From positions 64,001-128,000 of the forward strand of contig CAVYHE010000007.1 in assembly GCA_963768305.1 (NCBI GenBank): a stretch of DNA of 64,000 bases, read 5' to 3'. The notes beneath the pieces are model-generated. The model was not told the DNA's origin. It saw only the letters and a program-made list of their open reading frames with translations, and searched no databases. Positions within the stretch are counted from its first letter, which is position 1, and each line of letters starts with the position of its first letter. Made by a program: the position numbers and the translations under genes. Source of the stretch: an uncultured bacterium (GTDB taxonomy: Bacteria > Margulisbacteria > WOR-1 > CAVSGV01). Shown one piece after another: positions 29,121-38,565 of the stretch.

Positions 29121-30392
29121 ATGTGCTACTCGATACCAGGAAAAGTAGTGGAAATATCGGGCCGTACGGCGATCGTCGATTACTTCGGCGAGAAACGAAA
29201 GGCTCTGAACGAGCTCGTTGATGTGAAGGTCGGAGATTACATATACGCCCAAGGGGGATTCATCATCAATGTCGTACCTGAAGCTGAGGCATTGGAAGTC
29301 CTGAAGGACTGGCATGACATCTTTTTCGCGCTCCAGAAGACCGATGTCCGGCTCTCTCGCTTGGACATGGACAAGACCGGCATCGATAATGAGATCTCAG
29401 CTATCCTTGACAAAGCCGCCGAAACCAAACCCTTGTCAAAAGGGGAATTGCTGAAGCTGATGAAGATAAAGGACAAGAAAGAGCTGAACCTCCTTTTCAA
29501 GGTCGCCAATTTCCTCCGCCAGAAATATCTTAAGAACGCCTGCTGCATTCACGGGATAATCGAATTTTCCAATTACTGCCGAAATGACTGCGAATACTGC
29601 GGGATAAGGAACAGCGCGGATATCGCAAGGTACAGGATGACAGATGAGGAGATATTTCGAGCAGTGGATGATGCGGTGGATAAATACGGGTTCAAGGCGC
29701 TTGTGCTTCAGTCCGGGGAAGATCCCGAATTCACTGTCGATCGATTAGCGAATATCATCAGGGAGATCAAGAAGAGGCACGCGGTCCTTTTGTTCATTTC
29801 GGTCGGCGAGATCGGAAAGGAAGGTCTTAAAAAGCTTTATGATGCCGGCGTAAGAGGGCTGCTAATGAGATTTGAGACCAGTAATCACAAGCTTTATTCC
29901 AAGCTCCATTGCGGCGATAAATTTGATGACCGTATCCGAGATATTAAAGATGCTTACGGTATCGGATATTTGGTATTAAGCGGAGGATTGATAGGTTTGC
30001 CCGGCCAGACCGAAGAAAGCCTTTTGAACGATATACTGCTGACGAAAGAACTTCACGCGGAGATGTTCTCGTTCGGCCCTGTACTTCCCGAAGGGCCGGA
30101 AACCGAAGTTGTCCTGAAAGTCCTGGCGGTATCAAGGATAGTGGATCCGAAGAACGCGAAGATCGTGGTCACTACTGGATTTGAGACGCTTGATAAGAAC
30201 GCGAGGACGCTGGGATTGATGGCGGGCGCGAACTCGATGATGCTTAACGTTACGCCGGTGAAATTCAGGAAGCTGTATAATATTTATCCAGACCGCGCTC
30301 ACGAAGAAGAATCGATCGAACAGCAGATAGATGAAGCGGTTTCCCTTTTGCAGAAGCTCGGCCGCGCCCCGACAGATATCGGTATCTCTTAA
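29121..30392 (+). CDS. HypC/HupF domain fused to HydE-like (BioB/PylB/HydE family) radical SAM enzyme
   Basis: N-terminal MCYSIPGKVVEI...VKVGDYIYAQGGFII; CRNDCEYC; LQSGED; GANSMMLNVTP; YNIY. Confidence 0.85.
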   Translation: MCYSIPGKVVEISGRTAIVDYFGEKRKALNELVDVKVGDYIYAQGGFIINVVPEAEALEVLKDWHDIFFALQKTDVRLSRLDMDKTGIDNEISAILDKAAETKPLSKGELLKLMKIKDKKELNLLFKVANFLRQKYLKNACCIHGIIEFSNYCRNDCEYCGIRNSADIARYRMTDEEIFRAVDDAVDKYGFKALVLQSGEDPEFTVDRLANIIREIKKRHAVLLFISVGEIGKEGLKKLYDAGVRGLLMRFETSNHKLYSKLHCGDKFDDRIRDIKDAYGIGYLVLSGGLIGLPGQTEESLLNDILLTKELHAEMFSFGPVLPEGPETEVVLKVLAVSRIVDPKNAKIVVTTGFETLDKNARTLGLMAGANSMMLNVTPVKFRKLYNIYPDRAHEEESIEQQIDEAVSLLQKLGRAPTDIGIS

Positions 30393-31007
30393 TTAACTTG
30401 GGTTGACGGGTATATCCGGAGTTTTGAAAGTATCAACTATCTTAATGTTCTTTAACGGCAAACACATGTCAAGTTGGTCCATATTGGAGCCACGGAACAA
30501 TCGAATACTGAAAAAAACAGACAAACAGCCCGGATCATATTCAAAATCATCCAGCCAGGCAAGAACTCCTCTTCCTTTGGCGACATGATCGCCAACTGCG
30601 AAATGCAAAGTGCCTGCGCCAAACTTTCCTCTTGCGCTTTTTTCGGTTAAAGAAAAACATTCATTCATTACATCTTGCAATTCGACAAATGTTGAAGGAA
30701 TAACGCCCATATAATCATTCAGATTAAAAAGATGCACGGGATCATTTAGTTTAATCTGTTCCAGTCCGATCCTTAACAGGTAAGACGGGACTTTTACCGT
30801 TCCCGCAGCTTCTATCTTTTCCGCAAGCGCCCGATCCTTCCAGGGCATTAATTTGAATAAGGCCGGGGTCAGGCCGGTAAAGTGTTTCTGCAGATAACTG
30901 TGTTCCTTATCATTTGCAGGGATACAATGGCCTGAACGTATCACCTTTAAGCCTGCATAACAGCCTGCTTGCAACTTGATTTTGGGCCCGGTTGGATTAA
31001 TACTCAT
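30393..31007 (-). CDS. Orphan protein
   Basis: 204-aa ORF with AGGAG RBS and upstream sigma28-like motif. Confidence 0.65.
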   Translation of the reverse strand: MSINPTGPKIKLQAGCYAGLKVIRSGHCIPANDKEHSYLQKHFTGLTPALFKLMPWKDRALAEKIEAAGTVKVPSYLLRIGLEQIKLNDPVHLFNLNDYMGVIPSTFVELQDVMNECFSLTEKSARGKFGAGTLHFAVGDHVAKGRGVLAWLDDFEYDPGCLSVFFSIRLFRGSNMDQLDMCLPLKNIKIVDTFKTPDIPVNPS

Positions 31008-31048
31008 TTTTGGCTCCTATTGTTCCTTTTATATTAATAACTATGGAC

Positions 31049-31082
31049 TTATCGTCATAATTGTCTGGAAATTTCACTTTTT
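31049..31082 (-). promoter_or_regulatory. Sigma28-like promoter motif, copy 3
   Basis: AAAAAGTGAAA-TTTCCAGACAATTAT-GACGATAA. Confidence 0.65.
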
Positions 31083-31098
31083 CTGGGGATATTGTTCA

Positions 31099-31127
31099 TT
31101 GACAAAGAGTTCAGCGAAAACTAGAAT
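31099..31127 (+). promoter_or_regulatory. Sigma70-type promoter of the hydrogenase operon
   Basis: TTGACA-N17-TAGAAT. Confidence 0.7.
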
Positions 31128-31156
31128 ACTTTGAGGTCGGGCACGCCTCAAAACCT

Positions 31157-32212
31157 ATGAAGCAACACTTTATCAGCGTTTCGGACCTTCGTGAACTGGC
31201 GAGCAAACTGCTCAATGATTCCACTGTTATCGCGCCCGTAAAGACATTTGAGAACCGCTACCTGGAAGAAATAACCCCATCAAATCTGGACAAAATCGAT
31301 ATTTTCGGCTACAGGACAGTGGAATCTTTCAAGTCTTGCTTGTTCCAATTGATGGAGAAAGTATCTAAATATTTCACAAAATACGAACAGGCGAAAGGGA
31401 AAAACCTGACATTCCTTGGAATGCGCGGATGCGACCTGGAAGCGCTGGAAGTCCTGGACAGGGTCTTTACTGAAGGCGACTTTACGGACCCATTTTATGA
31501 CGCCAATCGCAAGAACGTCCTGATCATCGGCGCGGACTGCACCGACTGCGGAAAAACCTGCTTTTGCACGATGGTGAAAGGCAAGCCCTACCCCGTCAAG
31601 CTTTTTGACATAAATCTTTCGCCGGTCGCTGACGGATATGTAGCCGAAGCAGGCTCAATAAAAGGAGAACAGCTTATCGCAGAAGATCCGCGGCTATTCC
31701 AGGATGCCTCGTCCGGGCAGATGGACCTGAAAAATAAGAACAGGGAAAAGGTCATTGCCCTGCTTGATGAAGCCAACAAGAATTACAAGCTGAAAAGGGA
31801 TCTTTCCGAATCCCACAAAAGGAATCTGGAGAATAAGAAGTTATGGAGGGTTCTCACGAAAGATTGCGTTGAATGCAGCGCGTGCAACTTTATCTGCCCC
31901 ACCTGCACCTGCTTCCTTCTTCTTGACCAAAAGAACGGCAAAGACAACGACAGATTTAAAGTCTGGGACGCCTGCCTTAAAGCGGGATATCAGAAGATAG
32001 CCGGCGGCTCCAACCCGCGCGGGAAACTTTACGAGCGCCTGCAGAACAGGTATCACTGCAAGTTCGATTATTCATTTGACCGGCTTAACAGGTACACCTG
32101 CGTCGGTTGCGGCCGGTGCATAGACGGCTGCGCGGGGAACATTGATATGAGGAAGATATTCGTCGAACTGGAAAAGCAGGCGCCGCTTACCGCAAAACTG
32201 GAGATGCTATGA
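31157..32212 (+). CDS. AsrA/sulfhydrogenase beta-like 4Fe-4S protein
   Basis: GMRGCD, CFC, CVECSACNFICPTCTC, CVGCGRCIDGC. Confidence 0.85.
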   Translation: MKQHFISVSDLRELASKLLNDSTVIAPVKTFENRYLEEITPSNLDKIDIFGYRTVESFKSCLFQLMEKVSKYFTKYEQAKGKNLTFLGMRGCDLEALEVLDRVFTEGDFTDPFYDANRKNVLIIGADCTDCGKTCFCTMVKGKPYPVKLFDINLSPVADGYVAEAGSIKGEQLIAEDPRLFQDASSGQMDLKNKNREKVIALLDEANKNYKLKRDLSESHKRNLENKKLWRVLTKDCVECSACNFICPTCTCFLLLDQKNGKDNDRFKVWDACLKAGYQKIAGGSNPRGKLYERLQNRYHCKFDYSFDRLNRYTCVGCGRCIDGCAGNIDMRKIFVELEKQAPLTAKLEML

Positions 32213-33023
32213 GCGAGAATCCTTACAGGCCGGTAAAAGCAAGGATCGAAAAGGTCATTACCGAAACATCGAATATAAAGACCTTTATCCTTAAGCCGGA
32301 AGAAAAAGTTTCCTTCCTGTCAGGGCAATTCATGCAGGTGACGGTGCCGGGAATGGGAGAAGCCCCTTTCACGCCTTCTTCAGATCCTCACGTATCGGAC
32401 TCTATAGAATTCACGATAATGAGAACGGGAAACGTAACAGAAAAACTGCACGGGATGAAAGAAGGGGAATTTATCGGCATACGCGGCCCTTACGGCAAGC
32501 CTTATCCTTTGCAAACATTCCATGGCAAAGACATATATATTGTCGGAGGAGGCGTTGGGCTTGCACCGTTGAGATCCTTCTTCTCGCGCTGTCCCATGAA
32601 CTTGATCATCTTAATAAAATTGAAGTTCGGTTCGGCGCGCGCACGCCGAGCGACATTTCTTACAATCATGCGATCGAAGACTGGAAAAAATGGAAAAAGA
32701 CGAATATCGTCATCACTGTGGACACATCTGAGCCCGGATGGACGGGAAATGTGGGACTGGTCACGACAATCCTCAAGGACAAGGACGTGAACACAAAGAA
32801 CGCCGCAGTTATAGTGTGCGGCCCGCCCATAATGATGAAATTCGTGACAACTAGGCTTCTGGACATGGGTTTCGCGGACAGGGATATTTACCTTTCAATG
32901 GAGAAGAACATGAGCTGCGGGATAGGAAAATGCTTTCACTGCAATCTGGGAAAATATTTCGTCTGCAAGGACGGTCCCGTTTTCACGTGGGACCAGATAA
33001 AGGACATACCTGATCCATGGTAG
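32209..33023 (+). CDS. AsrB/sulfhydrogenase gamma-like FAD/NAD(P) and 2Fe-2S protein (frameshift near 32578)
   Basis: GEAPFT, RGPYG, GGGVGLAPLR, CGPPIMM, CGIGKCFHC...CKDGPVF. Confidence 0.85.
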
Positions 33024-34420
33024 AAAAAAGAAGAACAACATGCCTTTTCTGCTCGCTCGGATGCGGGGTGGCCTTCAGGACATCCGCCGGCCAGATAACG
33101 GCCATAGATTATGACAAGGAAAACCCGATAAACACCGGCTCTCTATGCCCAAGGGGATATTACAATCTTGAGCTTTTGAACCATCCCCAAAGACTGACAA
33201 AACCCTTTATCGGGAAAAAGGCAGCATCCTGGGATGAAGCGATAGACTTCACGAAAAAAGAACTGAAAAAATTCGATCATTCATCGATCAAGATGGCGCT
33301 GTCTTCGAATGCGAGCAATGAAGACGCGTATGTGGCAGGTCTCTTCGCGAAAACATTGGGCATAATCGATGTTTCCGCGTCCGGTGACCCGGCGGATCAG
33401 GATTCATGGAAAGGAAATAAGTGGGATGCTGAAGGCGCTTCGCTGGAAAATGTTGAAAGGCTGGGAGACTCGGAAGCGCTTTTGATCATCGGCGACATCC
33501 TTACCCGCTCACCCGTCCTGTCCAAACGGATCAACAAGGTTAAGTACGGGAAAAGAGGGAACAAGATCATAGTGATCGCGCCAAGCGTAACGCATACTTC
33601 CTGGTTCGCGACAACACACCTGAAGAATAAGCCGGGAACGGAAGCCGTTTTAATGGCTGTTATCGTAAAGATATTGGCTGAAATCAATAAAAGAGGAAGG
33701 ATCGGCCTGGACATTAAAAAAGCCGCTCAGATAACAGGCGTCCCAGCAGAACTGATAATCCGAGCAGCAACAGCATTTGATGACGCGGAATCCGGGACCA
33801 TTATTTTTTCTCCCGGGAACAACATCCAGAGGAACGATATTGTCCAATATTTGATGAAAGTTGCTTCAAGTTTCTCGGTTAACAAAAAACATATCACGTT
33901 CAATATGTACGGAAATACTATAGGCGTGAACAGGGTCCTTGACTCGATGATCGACCAAAAAGAAAGCAAAAAAGCCAAAGTATTCATAGCTTTTGGGGAC
34001 GAGACATCCCTTCCGGGCGCTGAATTCACGGTCCGGTCCTGCTTTTTTGCTCCCGATCATGTAAAGGAGAACGAGGTCCTGCTTCCCCTGGCAAGCCACA
34101 TGGAAAGAAAAGGAAATGTCATTTTAGCAGGTGCAAGAACCGAGAATATCAAGCCTATCGTCCATAAAATCGGCGGAAGGTCCCACATGGAGATAATTTC
34201 ATCGCTTATGGATGCAAATATTGAATTTGACATGATACTTGAAGAGACCGAAAAGATACTGGCAAAAGGTATAAAAAAAGAAAAAGTCGACATGAATGAA
34301 AAGATCGCGGAAGCTCTTGAATCGGCGGAAAAACCGGCTATTTTGCCGGAGAACATAACTCATTTCGGTAATAATGAACTGGTAAAAAGATTTTTCTGGT
34401 ACAGGGTGAACAATGGCTAA
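33017..34420 (+). CDS. Molybdopterin-oxidoreductase-fold/NuoG-like protein with N-terminal 4Fe-4S
   Basis: TTCLFCSLGCG...GSLCPRG...RLTKP; SWDEA; much shorter than FdhA. Confidence 0.75.
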   Translation: MVEKRRTTCLFCSLGCGVAFRTSAGQITAIDYDKENPINTGSLCPRGYYNLELLNHPQRLTKPFIGKKAASWDEAIDFTKKELKKFDHSSIKMALSSNASNEDAYVAGLFAKTLGIIDVSASGDPADQDSWKGNKWDAEGASLENVERLGDSEALLIIGDILTRSPVLSKRINKVKYGKRGNKIIVIAPSVTHTSWFATTHLKNKPGTEAVLMAVIVKILAEINKRGRIGLDIKKAAQITGVPAELIIRAATAFDDAESGTIIFSPGNNIQRNDIVQYLMKVASSFSVNKKHITFNMYGNTIGVNRVLDSMIDQKESKKAKVFIAFGDETSLPGAEFTVRSCFFAPDHVKENEVLLPLASHMERKGNVILAGARTENIKPIVHKIGGRSHMEIISSLMDANIEFDMILEETEKILAKGIKKEKVDMNEKIAEALESAEKPAILPENITHFGNNELVKRFFWYRVNNG

Positions 34421-34895
34421 GCGCGTTTATTTGAATCTTGACCTTTGCTGCGGATGCAGGAGCTGCGCAGCGGGCTGCGCGTACGGCCATCACGTACAAT
34501 CCCTGCTTATCCACGGAAAAATGGGTACGGACGCTGAGCTTCCGCTTCACTGCCTGCACTGCGACCAGCCGGCCTGCGCGGCGGCATGCCCGAACGAAGC
34601 GATGAAAAAAATGGACGACGGAACGGTACTTCGCAGCCTTTACAAATGCGTCGGATGCGGATCATGCGTCGTTTCATGCCCATTCGGGGTCATCCAGCCG
34701 GACCTGACAAGGCACATTGTGCCGAAATGCGATCTTTGCGTGGACCGCCTGGCGGAAGGCGAAATACCCAGATGCGTGCAGACCTGCACGTCCGGCGCGC
34801 TTTCATTCGAGGAAATAGATGAGCAGATAGTCGACGAAAAAAAGAACCTTGCTTCGGTAAGGATCTTGTCCAATTTTATAGGCAGGAGGCGGTAA
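34413..34895 (+). CDS. Multi-4Fe-4S ferredoxin subunit (HycB/CooF/DmsB-like)
   Basis: CCGCRSC, CLHCDQPACAAACP, CVGCGSCVVSCP, KCDLC...CVQTC. Confidence 0.9.
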   Translation: MAKRVYLNLDLCCGCRSCAAGCAYGHHVQSLLIHGKMGTDAELPLHCLHCDQPACAAACPNEAMKKMDDGTVLRSLYKCVGCGSCVVSCPFGVIQPDLTRHIVPKCDLCVDRLAEGEIPRCVQTCTSGALSFEEIDEQIVDEKKNLASVRILSNFIGRRR

Positions 34896-34897
34896 AC

Positions 34898-35575
34898 ATG
34901 GGAAAAGCTGAAGAATTGATGGACAATGCTTGCGCGTGCCTGAGAGAGGGGAAATTCCGCGAAGCCATAAAGGAATACCAGGATGCGATCCGGATAGACC
35001 CGAAAAATTCCGTTGCCCATAAAAACCTGGGGAGCCTTTATTACCGCCAGACTATGCTGGACGAATCTATCGTTGAATTCAAAAAGGCGGTTGAATTGAA
35101 CCCGAATTATTCGGATGCGCACTACGAGCTGGGCATTTCCCTTTACAGGAGAGGGAAATTGGAGGAAGGTATCCGGTCGTTCAATCAAGCGCTGGAGATC
35201 AATCCGAATTTCCACATTGCCAGATACTGGCTTGGCCTTTCATATTTTTATATAGGCAAGCTGAAGGAAGCTATCGAGGAATTCAAGGGTGTCATCGCAA
35301 AGGCCCCGCAAATAATGATAGCCCATTATCATCTCGGCGCCGCGTTCGCCCAGGAAGGGAAATTTGATGAAGCTATAATGCAGTTCGAAAAGTTCGTTAA
35401 AGAGGTCCCCGAAAGCGCGGCCGCGTACTATCATCTGGGAATAAATTATTACAACAAAGGCGATGTTGAAAAAGCGATATTGAATTTCAAGAAAGCCGTT
35501 GACATAGATCCATCCGACGAACGCGCGAAAAAGAATTTGGCGACGCTTGAAGACTTAAGGAGTAAATTCTTTTAA
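34898..35575 (+). CDS. Tetratricopeptide repeat protein
   Basis: About six AHxxLG...A/P repeats. Confidence 0.9.
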   Translation: MGKAEELMDNACACLREGKFREAIKEYQDAIRIDPKNSVAHKNLGSLYYRQTMLDESIVEFKKAVELNPNYSDAHYELGISLYRRGKLEEGIRSFNQALEINPNFHIARYWLGLSYFYIGKLKEAIEEFKGVIAKAPQIMIAHYHLGAAFAQEGKFDEAIMQFEKFVKEVPESAAAYYHLGINYYNKGDVEKAILNFKKAVDIDPSDERAKKNLATLEDLRSKFF

Positions 35576-36502
35576 ATGTTAAGGACCTTATTTTATTTGA
35601 TAATAATGCCGGGATTCCTGTTCGCGGCCGTTGTCGGCCTTTTGTCTTCGTGGGTGGACAGGAAAATTACCGCAAGGCTCCAGTGGAGGAAAGGACCGCC
35701 GATCTACCAGCCGTTCGCGGATATCCTTAAGCTGCTGGGAAAGGAAACTTTCGTTCCTGATAATTCGAAGCTTGCATTCATTTCCGCGCCTTTGCTCGGC
35801 CCGATAGCTATCCCTATCATTTCCGCGATGCTCTGGAATGTGAACATTAATGCCAGCACAAGTTTCACTGGAGACCTGATAATTGTGATCTTATTGCTCA
35901 TGGTTCCGTCTTTAGCATTGATCATTGGCGGATCGGTCTCGGGCAACACTCTTTCAATCCTGGGGGTAAAGCGTGAAAAAAGGTTATTCCTGGCATATGA
36001 AATTCCATTTTTTATCGCGGTATTGACAGCAGCGGTCAGGGCAGGCTCGATCTTGACGGGAAAGATCGCAAGCCACCAGTTAACGGGCGGCATGAACATC
36101 GGGAGTATTTCAGGAGCAGCTGCATTTCTTGTGGCCCTGTTGGCCGCGCAGGCGCAGCTCGGATTCGCTCCTTTCGACACCACCGAAGCCGAACAAGAGA
36201 TCGAAAGCGGCCCGTTCCTCGAATATTCCGGCATGCTTCTTGCGGCTTTCAAGCTGACAAAAGCCATGATGCTCTACATCCTGCCCGTTCTGCTGATAAC
36301 ATTATTTTTAGGAGGCTTTGATATCAATTCTATGGCAGGAGTCCTGTGGTTCATAATAAAATATTTTATCGTTCTTTCCTTGATGATCCTGATCAAGGAC
36401 ACTAACCCGAGGATACGGATCGATCAGGCGGTCAGATTTTTCAGGTGGCCGATGACGATCCTTGCCGTGATCGGGCTGGTCCTTGCAATGATAGGATGGT
36501 AG
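35576..36502 (+). CDS. Hydrogenase membrane subunit (NuoH/HycD/MbhM-like)
   Basis: DRKITARLQWRKGPP, QPFADILKLLGKE, PFDTTEAEQEI. Confidence 0.9.
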   Translation: MLRTLFYLIIMPGFLFAAVVGLLSSWVDRKITARLQWRKGPPIYQPFADILKLLGKETFVPDNSKLAFISAPLLGPIAIPIISAMLWNVNINASTSFTGDLIIVILLLMVPSLALIIGGSVSGNTLSILGVKREKRLFLAYEIPFFIAVLTAAVRAGSILTGKIASHQLTGGMNIGSISGAAAFLVALLAAQAQLGFAPFDTTEAEQEIESGPFLEYSGMLLAAFKLTKAMMLYILPVLLITLFLGGFDINSMAGVLWFIIKYFIVLSLMILIKDTNPRIRIDQAVRFFRWPMTILAVIGLVLAMIGW

Positions 36503-36506
36503 TTGA

Positions 36507-36926
36507 ATGGTAAATTTGTTTGAGTGGGGTTTTAAACGGTCTCCCTGGGTTTTCCACCTGGGGGCTTCGGCGTGCAACAACTGCGACATAGAGATACTGG
36601 ACACGCTGACGCCGAAATTCGATATTGAAAGGTTCGGGATGGTCCTCGTGGGCTCTCCCCGCCACGCGGATATTCTCCTGGTTTCCGGGATTGTTAACAG
36701 GCAATCTATAGAAAAATTTAAGCATGTTTATGATGAGGTGCCAAAACCAAAGCTTGTGGTAGCGGTAGGTGTATGCGCCTGCTCCGCCGACATGTTCCGG
36801 GACAGCTATAATTTTGTGAAGCCGGTGGATGAGATAATCCCCGTGGACGTTTACGTTCCCGGATGCCCCCCGAAGCCGGAAGCGATAATATCAGGCATAA
36901 TAAAAGCTCTGGAGAAAATAAAATGA
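36507..36926 (+). CDS. Group 4 [NiFe]-hydrogenase small subunit (HycG/NuoB-like)
   Basis: CNNCDIE, SPRHAD, GVCA, VPGCPPKPE. Confidence 0.92.
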   Translation: MVNLFEWGFKRSPWVFHLGASACNNCDIEILDTLTPKFDIERFGMVLVGSPRHADILLVSGIVNRQSIEKFKHVYDEVPKPKLVVAVGVCACSADMFRDSYNFVKPVDEIIPVDVYVPGCPPKPEAIISGIIKALEKIK

Positions 36927-37372
36927 ACGTTCTCGAACAGATAAAGAATAAATTCAAGGATGATGTTGATATCCTTGAAAAGTCGAAGAAGAGGGCTTAT
37001 GTAACCGTGGAAAAAGGCCGCGCAAAAGAAGTGGCGGGATATTTATTCAACGAATTGGGCGCCAGGTTTTCGATGGCGACCGGCATTGATACGCGCCTCG
37101 GAATCGAAATAATTTATCACATGACTTTTGACGGAAGCGGACTGGTCGTTTCGATAAGGACGCTTGTTGAAAAGCCGGAGCTTAAAACCAAAAGTTTTAC
37201 GGACGTTGTTCCCGCGGTGGAATGGATAGAGCGCGAACTCCATGAAATGTTCGGCGTTGATTTTTTGGGGCATCCGGGACTGAAAAGGCTGCTGCTTCCG
37301 GATGATTGGCCGGAAGGCGAATATCCGTTCCGTAAAAAGACGTTCGAATCCGAGAATGAAGGGGTAAGCTGA
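36923..37372 (+). CDS. NuoC-like subunit
   Basis: WIERELHEMFGVDFLGHP...LPDDWP; ATGA overlap with the previous gene. Confidence 0.9.
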   Translation: MNVLEQIKNKFKDDVDILEKSKKRAYVTVEKGRAKEVAGYLFNELGARFSMATGIDTRLGIEIIYHMTFDGSGLVVSIRTLVEKPELKTKSFTDVVPAVEWIERELHEMFGVDFLGHPGLKRLLLPDDWPEGEYPFRKKTFESENEGVS

Positions 37373-37374
37373 TA

Positions 37375-38565
37375 ATGGCGGAAAAAAATAAATTTATACC
37401 CATTGGCCCTTTCCATCCGCTGCTGGAGGAGCCGGAATATTTCAAATTCTATGTGGAAGGCGAGAAAGTGGTGGATGCGGAAGTGCGCATCGGCTACAAC
37501 CACAGAGGTATAGAGAAGCTCGCGGAAACAAAAACTTTTGAGCAGGATCTTTTCCTGGTGGAGAGGATCTGCGGAATATGCTCAACCTCCCATCCTTTCG
37601 CGGCCGTTCAGGCAGCGGAAGATATTTCCTGTCTGGAAGTCCCCGAAAGGGCGCAGTACATCCGATCGATAATCGGAGAGCTGGAAAGGATACACAGCCA
37701 TCTCTTGTGGGTCGGGCTCGCCGGACATTTTATCGGATACAACACGGTATTCATGTGGGCGTGGAAATACCGCGAGCCGGTTCTGGACATATTCGAGGCG
37801 ATCTCCGGCAACCGCAACCATTACGGGATGTTCAAGGTCGGCGGCGTGAGAAGGGACATACTGGAAAAAGATATCCCCGAGCTTCTCAAGGCGATAGATG
37901 AAGTGGAAAAATTCTGTTCGATGCTGACAAAAGCGGTTATGGACGATCCGGTCATCCACGCTCGGACAAAAGGCGTCGGCATACTTAAGAAGAGCGACGC
38001 TGTATCGATGAGCGTGGTCGGCCCGGTCGCGCGCGCGTCCGGGGTCGCTATCGACGTAAGAAAGGACCATCCTTACGCCGCTTATGACAGGGTGATATTC
38101 GACAAGATAGTGATGAAGGACGGAGATGTTTTTTCCAAGACGGCCGTCAGGCTCCTTGAAACCATAGAATCGGTCAAGATCATAAGGCAGTGCCTTAAGA
38201 ATCTGCCCCGCGGCCCCATCGACGCGGACATAAGGGATATCGGGATCGGCGAGGGCATAGGCCAGCATGAGGCTCCTCGCGGAGAAGTGATGCATTACAT
38301 AAGGAGCAATGGTTCTAATTATCCGGAGAGGCATAAGATCCGCGCACCTTCTTTCATGAACGTGCCTTCATTCAAGAAGACCGTGATAGGACAATCGATA
38401 TCCGATGCGGCGCTGATAACCGCGGCCGTGGACCCGTGCTACTGCTGCACGGAAAGGATGGTGGTCGTTGACCGCGACACGAACAGGATATTGAAGACCG
38501 GCGAAGACCTTGTAAGGATGTGCCAGGAAAAAACTGAGAAAATAAAAGGAACGATGTGCAAATGA
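37375..38565 (+). CDS. Group 4 [NiFe]-hydrogenase large subunit
   Basis: GPFHP, GYNHRGIEK, L1 ERICGICSTSH, EAPRGE, L2 DPCYCCTER. Confidence 0.92.
   Translation: MAEKNKFIPIGPFHPLLEEPEYFKFYVEGEKVVDAEVRIGYNHRGIEKLAETKTFEQDLFLVERICGICSTSHPFAAVQAAEDISCLEVPERAQYIRSIIGELERIHSHLLWVGLAGHFIGYNTVFMWAWKYREPVLDIFEAISGNRNHYGMFKVGGVRRDILEKDIPELLKAIDEVEKFCSMLTKAVMDDPVIHARTKGVGILKKSDAVSMSVVGPVARASGVAIDVRKDHPYAAYDRVIFDKIVMKDGDVFSKTAVRLLETIESVKIIRQCLKNLPRGPIDADIRDIGIGEGIGQHEAPRGEVMHYIRSNGSNYPERHKIRAPSFMNVPSFKKTVIGQSISDAALITAAVDPCYCCTERMVVVDRDTNRILKTGEDLVRMCQEKTEKIKGTMCK

Noticed and set aside
29121..30392. Biotin synthase BioB
   Set aside because: It has HydE-type GAN..M.N.TP and YxxY motifs and a HypC fusion, with no bio genes nearby; PylB-like identity is not fully excluded.
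37582..38334. Long antisense ORFs (also 5815..6531, 58520..59449 and similar)
   Set aside because: They lie opposite well-supported genes and have no recognisable motifs.
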